Of a stretch of DNA of 14,164 nt, positions 1-6,027 are shown one piece after another. Source of the DNA: a virus (taxonomy: Duplodnaviria > Heunggongvirae > Uroviricota > Caudoviricetes). How positions within the stretch are numbered: the first letter of the stretch is position 1; each line of letters begins with the position of its first letter. Location of the stretch: IMG/VR virus record IMGVR_UViG_3300028833_000137, one strand, 5' to 3'. Under the pieces are notes generated by a model. That model saw nothing but the letters and a program-made list of their open reading frames with translations. It searched no databases and was not told where the DNA came from. Both the position numbers and the translations under genes were made by a program.

Positions 1-1362
1 ATTGTACTGGATGATAATGGCCTTGCTATTTATTCTAGTAGAAATATTACTGTTGGCGTTATGGGAAAAACCTCTATAGAGGGTACCGATGAAACAGTAA
101 ATATTTCCTCTGGTTTTGAATTAAATAGTCAAGGCGACTTTACTGTTGTAACTAAAGAAACTAATGGAGCAAAAACCGGCGCGATTAAATTTTATAGATA
201 TAATAATGAAAATAAGTTAACAGCTGGTGTGGTTATTGATGGTGATGGATTTACTGTAAATACCGGCGGTGCTTTTAATGTACAAAGCAATAATTTTATT
301 TTAAATAGTGAAGCGACCGGTAGTCAGCCCTTGATGAGCATTATGAGAACTAATAATGGTGTTACTTCTGGATTACAATTCGCGGCGAATGGTACTTTAA
401 CTATTACTGGCGAAATTAATGCTACTTCTGGTTGGATTGGTAATAAAAATGACGGATGGTATATTGGGAAAAATACACTAAAAGATTCTAGTGGTAATTC
501 CTATTATGTTGGATATATAGGTAGTAATTCAGATGATAGAAAAGCATCTATTGGAATTAGAAATACGCCAAATAATGGTGATGCTAATTTTAAAAACTTT
601 CCAGCGTTATGGATTGGCGGCACATATGATGAAAATCAAGAACCAGTCGCACAAAATAATGCTTCTCTTAATGCTCTTTTTAGAGTAAATTCTGATGGTA
701 AATTGCATGCTGAAGGTGCATATATAAAAGGAACAATAGAAGCGACTTCTGGTTGGTTTGGTACCGCAGCAGGCTTTCATATTGGGCCTAATGGCACAGG
801 AGCTTTTATTGGAAATAATTCAAATATAAAGCAGGCAACTTTTGGATTAGATACTACTGCAGCTGCGTGGCCTGCTTTTTGGCTAGGTGGAGTGAGATCT
901 ATAGATGATAAAACAATAAATCCGAGTTTGCCTTTTTATGTAACTGGACAAGGGAAGTTGTATGCCTCTGGGGCTACCATTGGTGGCAGTACTAATATTA
1001 ATACTACTGGAAATATTCAGATGAGCGGTGGAGAGTTTTCAGTTTCAACTTCGGTTAATTCTATTGTAATGAACACAAATGGTGTTAAATTAACCGCGAA
1101 TTCTGATGCTGGTAAAGATAATAGCAAAATTATAATTGACGCTGCCACTATTCTATTTCGACCAAATGAACGAGCAGATTCAAAAGACAAATTTTTCAGA
1201 GTTTATGTGGATTCAACACAAGATAATGATGGTCCTGTAGGCATGTATGGCGCTTCTCGAGTACTATGGTTCCGTACAACGGGAAATTACCTTTCAAATC
1301 ACAAGGCATGGCAAATTATTCAAGTTTTGCTAAGTGACAAAGGCTGGACGCCAAGCGAATAA
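1..1362 (+). CDS. Phage tail fibre/spike-like structural protein, C-terminal part (5'-truncated by the window edge)
   Basis: Frame is open from position 1 (IVLDDNGLAIYSSRNITVGV precedes the Met at 61), so the gene starts upstream. It is Gly/Asn/Thr-rich and beta-prone, with two G-x-I-x-ATSGW-x-G repeats and F-x-V-x-x-x-GKL-x-A motifs typical of tail fibre/spike proteins. TAA at 1360-1362 is followed by a terminator. Confidence 0.7.
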   Translation: MVLDDNGLAIYSSRNITVGVMGKTSIEGTDETVNISSGFELNSQGDFTVVTKETNGAKTGAIKFYRYNNENKLTAGVVIDGDGFTVNTGGAFNVQSNNFILNSEATGSQPLMSIMRTNNGVTSGLQFAANGTLTITGEINATSGWIGNKNDGWYIGKNTLKDSSGNSYYVGYIGSNSDDRKASIGIRNTPNNGDANFKNFPALWIGGTYDENQEPVAQNNASLNALFRVNSDGKLHAEGAYIKGTIEATSGWFGTAAGFHIGPNGTGAFIGNNSNIKQATFGLDTTAAAWPAFWLGGVRSIDDKTINPSLPFYVTGQGKLYASGATIGGSTNINTTGNIQMSGGEFSVSTSVNSIVMNTNGVKLTANSDAGKDNSKIIIDAATILFRPNERADSKDKFFRVYVDSTQDNDGPVGMYGASRVLWFRTTGNYLSNHKAWQIIQVLLSDKGWTPSE

Positions 1363-1397
1363 AAACCCCTCTCTCCCGAGAGGGGTTTTTCTTTTTT
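1361..1397. terminator. Bidirectional rho-independent terminator between convergent genes
   Basis: Perfect 13-bp inverted repeat AAAAACCCCTCTC (1361-1373), TCCC loop, GAGAGGGGTTTTT (1378-1390), then CTTTTTT. The A-tract on the left gives a U-tail for minus-strand transcripts. It fills the gap between the stops at 1362 (+) and 1397 (-). Confidence 0.92.
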
Positions 1398-1777
1398 TAT
1401 TCCACAAACGCCTCAATATTATAGACTTGCGCTGGCGTTAGTTCAATATCGCCCATATCATCAAGATTTAACTTATCAGCGTTAATTTCAATTTCAGTAT
1501 TAAGCAAATCATTTAGCTCATTATTACATTCAGTAATCTTATCCTGTTGAAGAATAATATTTCCTTCTTCAGTTTGCTTCATTTCACCGTTTTCATCTCG
1601 TTCTGCATACTTTTCAATAATAATTCTGCGAGACTCGTCAAAAGTAGCACTTTCCTTATCAAGTTCCCTAATTAGGCGAGCCACTCTAAAAGCCGTCTTA
1701 ATAGGCAATGCCTTCATACTAATCTCGCGGAAAATCTGAACATTATTTAGAATATCATTTAAAGTAACTTGAATCAT
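1397..1777 (-). CDS. Hypothetical phage protein, DUF1617-like (126 aa)
   Basis: Acidic helical protein. The segment RLIRELDKE...IIEKYAERDENGE...ECNNELNDLLNTEIEI resembles DUF1617-type phage proteins as I recall them. The ATG overlaps the upstream TGA (ATGA at 1774-1777). Confidence 0.55.
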   Translation of the reverse strand: MIQVTLNDILNNVQIFREISMKALPIKTAFRVARLIRELDKESATFDESRRIIIEKYAERDENGEMKQTEEGNIILQQDKITECNNELNDLLNTEIEINADKLNLDDMGDIELTPAQVYNIEAFVE

Positions 1778-2517
1778 ATATCTTCACCCCATGTAGATTG
1801 TTTAGATTTTATATAATTACAAAAATATTTACCAATACAGATAGCATCTGCTTCATCTTGTGTACATTTTTGTTTGTACCATAATTCAACTTTATCTTGC
1901 GCTTGGCGCTTTTTATTTTCGCGCCCTTTTCCATCACCTACACCGCAATACTTGCGCCATTCACTTGAATAACATAAATCGTGCGCAACACCTTTTTCAA
2001 ATAAAGTGTCTAAAATTACTCCTTGTAAATTAGCAAGTACACGATACATTTCAACCTGATATTTTCCGTTGCTACCAAAGGATTGGAGTTGTATATTTTC
2101 CACTCCTACAAAATCAGGTTCCCATGCTTCAAGCGCGGCTTCAAGCCAATGTTTAATTTCGTTAATGCGGTCGGTTGCTTCTTTACTTTCATCGGCGTGG
2201 TAAGTGCCATAACTTACTAGTGTTCCATTATCATAAATAGAATAACCGCTAATTTTTGTTGCGGCATCAAGCGCAAGAATACGATATGTGTCAATCTTCT
2301 TGATTGGCACTTTATTTTTTTTGACTTTGTATGGATCACCCGCAAGACATTCTTCACAAACTGGATGCTTTCGCCATTGCCCGTAGCTAATGAATTGCGT
2401 GTGACCTTCTGGACACCTCATTTCTAATTCTGTATTTAAGTTTTTATAAGAAGTGCTAATCAGTTTCCAGCCTTCTTCTTCAAGATGATTGGAAACTGAA
2501 TAGACATTTATTGCCAT
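1774..2517 (-). CDS. ruvC: RuvC-like Holliday junction resolvase with N-terminal Zn-finger (247 aa)
   Basis: RNase H-fold RuvC motifs: RILALDAATKISGYS (Asp), FVGVENIQ (Glu), SEWRK and QDEADAICIG (Asp-x-x-Asp). The N-terminal ~60 aa carry CPEGH...CEEC. Confidence 0.8.
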   Translation of the reverse strand: MAINVYSVSNHLEEEGWKLISTSYKNLNTELEMRCPEGHTQFISYGQWRKHPVCEECLAGDPYKVKKNKVPIKKIDTYRILALDAATKISGYSIYDNGTLVSYGTYHADESKEATDRINEIKHWLEAALEAWEPDFVGVENIQLQSFGSNGKYQVEMYRVLANLQGVILDTLFEKGVAHDLCYSSEWRKYCGVGDGKGRENKKRQAQDKVELWYKQKCTQDEADAICIGKYFCNYIKSKQSTWGEDI

Positions 2518-2520
2518 AAA

Positions 2521-3333
2521 TTACTTACCGGTGGAACCAAACCCGCCCTCTCCACGGTCACTAGCAGGTAGAATATCAACTACATCAGCCTTGAACTTAT
2601 AGGAAGGCATAACGAGCATTTGTGCCACACGGTCTCCAGCTTTAATTTCATAATCAGAATCAGAAAGATTGTCATATAACACGCCAAGCTGGCCTCTATA
2701 TTCACTATCAATAATACCAACACTATTTGATAGGCGATTTTGTGTCTTGGCTCCAATACTAGAACGCGGGAAAATCATAGCCATCCAGCCCTCTGGGAGA
2801 GCGATATGGACACCTGTACGAATCATATTGCTGAATGTGTGCGCGGGAAGAGTCATATTATCTGCAGCATAAAGGTCAGCGCAAGCATCTGTTTCGTGTG
2901 CGTAGGTTGGAACGATAGCGCCCTCATCCAACTTGATTGGTAGAACAATATTATAGTTATGATATTGCGCTAATGCCTTATCAAAAATATCATAAAAAAT
3001 TGAAAAGATACCGTCAAAAATTTTGCGCTTGCGTTCAGAGGCCTTTAGTTCATCAATTGCTTCATTGATAGCAATCTTGGATGACTCAACCATTTCCTTT
3101 GCGGCGGAACGCGTAAGCCCTTCTTCATCAAAGTTCTTTAGCATCTCTTTAACAGACTCATCACGAATCTTATCAGTAAATGCGCCGGTAATCATTCCAA
3201 CAATAACATCTATATTTTCATCAGTTAGGTTTTCTTCGGGAATGGCCATAATTTGTTCAATGGCATCCATAACTGGCTGTAAATTAGTATCGTTAGTAAG
3301 CATATCTGCTAGATTAGAAAAATCATTTTCCAT
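2521..3333 (-). CDS. dut: Trimeric dUTPase with ~125 aa N-terminal helical extension (270 aa)
   Basis: All five trimeric dUTPase motifs lie in the C-terminal half: ACADLYA, PRSSIG, GIIDSEYRG, GDRVAQML, RGEGGFGSTG. SD GGAG (3342-3345) is 8 nt before the ATG at 3333. Confidence 0.93.
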   Translation of the reverse strand: MENDFSNLADMLTNDTNLQPVMDAIEQIMAIPEENLTDENIDVIVGMITGAFTDKIRDESVKEMLKNFDEEGLTRSAAKEMVESSKIAINEAIDELKASERKRKIFDGIFSIFYDIFDKALAQYHNYNIVLPIKLDEGAIVPTYAHETDACADLYAADNMTLPAHTFSNMIRTGVHIALPEGWMAMIFPRSSIGAKTQNRLSNSVGIIDSEYRGQLGVLYDNLSDSDYEIKAGDRVAQMLVMPSYKFKADVVDILPASDRGEGGFGSTGK

Positions 3334-3345
3334 TTTATTCTCTCC

Positions 3346-3552
3346 TTATTCTGTGAAAGTTCTCTCTACAGTTACGATAGCCCAACTATCAATAATCTCG
3401 CCCTTGGACTTCTTGTTCTTTAGAACATAGCCAGACTTTGTTAGAGAGTAACCTTCAGTATTTTGATTATTCTTATATTCTTCAATTAGGCGAACAGCCT
3501 CTTCTTCGTCCTCAACACGAAAAGTATCAACAGTCTTTAGTAGCATCTTCAT
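3346..3552 (-). CDS. Small hypothetical phage protein (68 aa, start revised to MKMLLKTVD)
   Basis: AAGGAG lies 10 nt upstream of the ATG at 3552, whereas the ORF-track start at 3576 has no SD. It overlaps the end of the upstream gene, and its TAA forms part of the dut SD (TAAGGAG). Confidence 0.65.
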   Translation of the reverse strand: MKMLLKTVDTFRVEDEEEAVRLIEEYKNNQNTEGYSLTKSGYVLKNKKSKGEIIDSWAIVTVERTFTE

Positions 3553-3817
3553 AATTTTCATTCTCCTTTTTCTCATTTAGTTCTCGTAGATTTTCAATTA
3601 GATTTATATAATTAAGCTTTTTAGCTGTTTCTGAAATAGTTCCCATTTTCGCGCGGCCAGATTTACCAAGTTTCTTTGCAAATGCTCTGCGTTGCGCGCG
3701 GTTATGGAATTGTAATTGCTCTGCTTTATTTTCAATCGCAGTCGTAGTTTCAGCTTCAATTGACTCTAGATTATCATGCTCTGTAGTTAAGCCAGTAACA
3801 AAAATTTCTTCGCTCAT
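3527..3817 (-). CDS. Hypothetical protein (96 aa) with acidic N-half and basic NRAQRRA motif
   Basis: GGAGG (3825-3829) is 7 nt upstream of the ATG. ATGA overlap with the upstream gene at 3814-3817. Confidence 0.65.
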   Translation of the reverse strand: MSEEIFVTGLTTEHDNLESIEAETTTAIENKAEQLQFHNRAQRRAFAKKLGKSGRAKMGTISETAKKLNYINLIENLRELNEKKENENYEDATKDC

Positions 3818-4107
3818 AGTAAATCCTCCACTACCGTTTTAATTAAATCATATGCTTTTTCAGTATCTACTTGAATAATGGAGAATACTTTATTATTTTC
3901 TCTTTCAATAAGTGGAATATGTATAGTGACATGGCGGTTTAAAACAAATTTTGTGATACGAGAAAAGCAATCATCTATATCTACTTCCTCACTTTCGCTA
4001 TCTATAGACAACGCATTTGTAAGAGCGTATAAAACATATAATTTATCTTTTTCTTTATATAAAATAACTATATATTTTGAATTACCTTCATATTTAATAA
4101 TTTCCAT
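3814..4107 (-). CDS. Hypothetical protein (97 aa)
   Basis: TAATG coupling to the GIY-YIG gene stop at 4107 and ATGA coupling to the next gene. It fills the operon without gaps. Confidence 0.65.
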   Translation of the reverse strand: MEIIKYEGNSKYIVILYKEKDKLYVLYALTNALSIDSESEEVDIDDCFSRITKFVLNRHVTIHIPLIERENNKVFSIIQVDTEKAYDLIKTVVEDLL

Positions 4108-5120
4108 TAGCCACCACCGCCTACATTTTTATTATATCCAAATTCTTGGCTTTTAAAGAAATCTATATAATATTTTTCCAATTCATTTAACTGTTCTTTC
4201 TCACAATAAATAATTACTTCAATAGTCCAATTCCAAAATCCAGTTTTCCATATCTCATGGTGTACTGCTTGGTCCGCGATTGTTTTTATACCAATTGAAC
4301 TTTTAAAATGGTCGGCAATTCGTTTTTTAACATTGGTACTTTTACCAATATAGCATTTACCAGTATCAAGATTTGTAATTTTATAAATGCCAGGTTTATC
4401 TTCAATGCCAACCCGTTTAAAAGTTCCATCTATATAAGGTTTCACATATTCAGCCCATACAAGTTTATTTATAATATCGGGATGCTGGACTTTTTGAGAA
4501 ACAGTAGTAATTAAAAAGTTAATATCTTCTTTATATTCATCAGGAACTTGTATTGTATAAAATAGGCGTTCCTGTTGTTCCATTTCATACTGCCGCAAAG
4601 GAAGTAATAATCCCTCAAAACGCTCTTGTTGCGCGCGAGTCTCTGCCAAAATACTTTCTTGGCTTTCGCGTGCGGAATCAATCACTTTTTGGACTTCTTG
4701 TCTAAATTTATGTTCTTTCTCTAATTCCTCACGCTCAAACTGAATATATTTAGTTTTTAAGTTTTCTTCTTTTTCGCGCCACAATCGTTCAAAATCTGTA
4801 TCAATTTCTGACTGGCGTGTAAGTTTTTGATTTTCAAAATATAAATCTAAATCTGTAGTTTTTTTATTTAACTCTCGTTTATACTTATTTTGAATTTCAA
4901 TTATTTTATCATTATATTCGCTTACTAAATCAGTTTGTGTCTTAACATCTTTTATTAATTCATCTTTTTGAAAATGAAGTTTTTCTACTTGATTTTGGGC
5001 ATCAGAAATTTCTTTTTTATAGATTTCTAATTGTTTATTATCAACAGAAATCTTTTGTCTTAATTTTATACCTAATATAATTATTATAATTACAAGTATT
5101 CCTATTATTCCATATAACAT
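4107..5120 (-). CDS. Membrane-anchored coiled-coil protein with C-terminal GIY-YIG nuclease domain (337 aa)
   Basis: Hydrophobic N-terminus (LYGIIGILVIIIIILGIKL) is followed by ~160 aa of E/K/Q-rich coiled-coil-like sequence. The C-terminus has GIYKITN...CYIGKS...KKRIADH...NELEKYYI...GYN, with the catalytic Tyr, Arg, Glu and Asn present. Confidence 0.85.
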   Translation of the reverse strand: MLYGIIGILVIIIIILGIKLRQKISVDNKQLEIYKKEISDAQNQVEKLHFQKDELIKDVKTQTDLVSEYNDKIIEIQNKYKRELNKKTTDLDLYFENQKLTRQSEIDTDFERLWREKEENLKTKYIQFEREELEKEHKFRQEVQKVIDSARESQESILAETRAQQERFEGLLLPLRQYEMEQQERLFYTIQVPDEYKEDINFLITTVSQKVQHPDIINKLVWAEYVKPYIDGTFKRVGIEDKPGIYKITNLDTGKCYIGKSTNVKKRIADHFKSSIGIKTIADQAVHHEIWKTGFWNWTIEVIIYCEKEQLNELEKYYIDFFKSQEFGYNKNVGGGG

Positions 5121-5153
5121 CTACATCACAACCACTCCTTTACTTTACAATTA

Positions 5154-5182
5154 ATTATAGCATGTTTTTTTGAAAAAGTCAA
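5154..5182 (-). promoter_or_regulatory. SigA/sigma70 promoter for the GIY-YIG-to-DUF1617 operon
   Basis: Minus strand: TTGACT (5182-5177), 17 nt spacer, TGcTATAAT extended -10 (hexamer 5159-5154). SD AAGGAG at 5140-5135. Confidence 0.85.
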
Positions 5183-5191
5183 GTAATCTAC

Positions 5192-5470
5192 TTAATTGAT
5201 TAATATTACATAAGCGTGGTAATATCCATCATTTTGTTGTTGATATGGATTAGGAATAGGAGCAAACTTTTTTAGAACGCCATTTGATGAATTGAGCCAA
5301 ACGCAATATTCTTTTTGATATTTATTTAACAAATAATCTGTAATGGTTTTACTTTCATTAGACATAAAATCTTTATACCAAATTTCAAAAACTGGTTCTT
5401 TTCTTTTTCCTTTAAAATATAAAAATTTGTATTGTGTGTAATTTATAGGAAACTGAATAATTTCGCACAT
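5192..5470 (-). CDS. Hypothetical protein (92 aa), Tyr/Lys-rich, with its own promoter
   Basis: SD AAAGGA (5485-5480) is 9 nt before the ATG, and a perfect promoter lies immediately upstream. Confidence 0.7.
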   Translation of the reverse strand: MCEIIQFPINYTQYKFLYFKGKRKEPVFEIWYKDFMSNESKTITDYLLNKYQKEYCVWLNSSNGVLKKFAPIPNPYQQQNDGYYHAYVILIN

Positions 5471-5496
5471 AAAATAAATTCCTTTCTTTTTTCTTT

Positions 5497-5525
5497 ATTA
5501 TATCATAAATTAAAATATTTGTCAA
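5497..5525 (-). promoter_or_regulatory. Perfect-consensus SigA promoter upstream of the 92 aa gene
   Basis: Minus strand: TTGACA (5525-5520), 17 nt spacer, TGaTATAAT (hexamer 5502-5497). Confidence 0.9.
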
Positions 5526-5553
5526 AAAGAAAAGAGCAGGCTTACGCCTGCTC
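5524..5553 (-). terminator. Rho-independent terminator of the dnaE-nrdD-nrdG transcript
   Basis: Minus strand: GAGCAGGC-GTAA-GCCTGCTC (8-bp stem 5553-5546/5541-5534, GNRA loop containing the nrdG TAA), followed by TTTTCTTTTT. Confidence 0.88.
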
Positions 5554-6027
5554 ATTTAAATAAATAATTCGTTGATTAGAAGAACCACGAAGTGGTAGAG
5601 TAATATCTCGTTTATCTTGTTCGTAACGACCATCAATTAAACAGTCTATATGCTCTAAAATGAAATGGATATATGGGTCATCTTCTTCAAATAATTCTTC
5701 AATTGTATAACCGGTCCAGACATAAATAATTAAATCTGGATATGTATCTTTGCAATCGTGAATTAAATCCGCAACAGCGATACGATTTTCTTTGTTTAAA
5801 GGCTCTCCACCTAAAATAGACAAACGTCTTTGAACTCCATTCTTATTCATTTTAACAAGAATTTCTTTTATTATATCGCTTGTTAATTCTTCTCCAAAAT
5901 TAAAATCTTGTGCTTCTGGATTATGACAACCGGGGCAATGGAAGTGGCATCCAGAAAAATATACTGAGAGGGAGATACCGGGCGCGGCCGCGGTATCGTC
6001 CCAATAGATTCCAGCAATACGTGCCAT
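5542..6027 (-). CDS. nrdG: Anaerobic ribonucleotide reductase activating enzyme (radical SAM)
   Basis: CxxxCxxC motif (GCHFHCPGCHNPEAQDF), LSILGGEP, YVWTGY and LIDGRY...LRGSSNQR. TAATG-coupled to nrdD. Confidence 0.95.
   Translation of the reverse strand: MARIAGIYWDDTAAAPGISLSVYFSGCHFHCPGCHNPEAQDFNFGEELTSDIIKEILVKMNKNGVQRRLSILGGEPLNKENRIAVADLIHDCKDTYPDLIIYVWTGYTIEELFEEDDPYIHFILEHIDCLIDGRYEQDKRDITLPLRGSSNQRIIYLNEQA

Noticed and set aside
2950-2978. TATAAT inside dut as an internal promoter for a short dUTPase
   Set aside because: There is no -35 at 17 nt (AGGCAT) and no SD/start codon ahead of the catalytic domain.
2669-3430. Plus-strand ORFs 2669-2872, 2740-2943 and 3023-3430
   Set aside because: They are antisense shadows of the dUTPase gene, with no SD or recognisable motifs.
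4107-4395. GIY-YIG as a mobile homing endonuclease or intron ORF near nrd genes
   Set aside because: The domain order and TM anchor do not fit, no interrupted gene or intron structure is present, and the gene is integrated in an operon.
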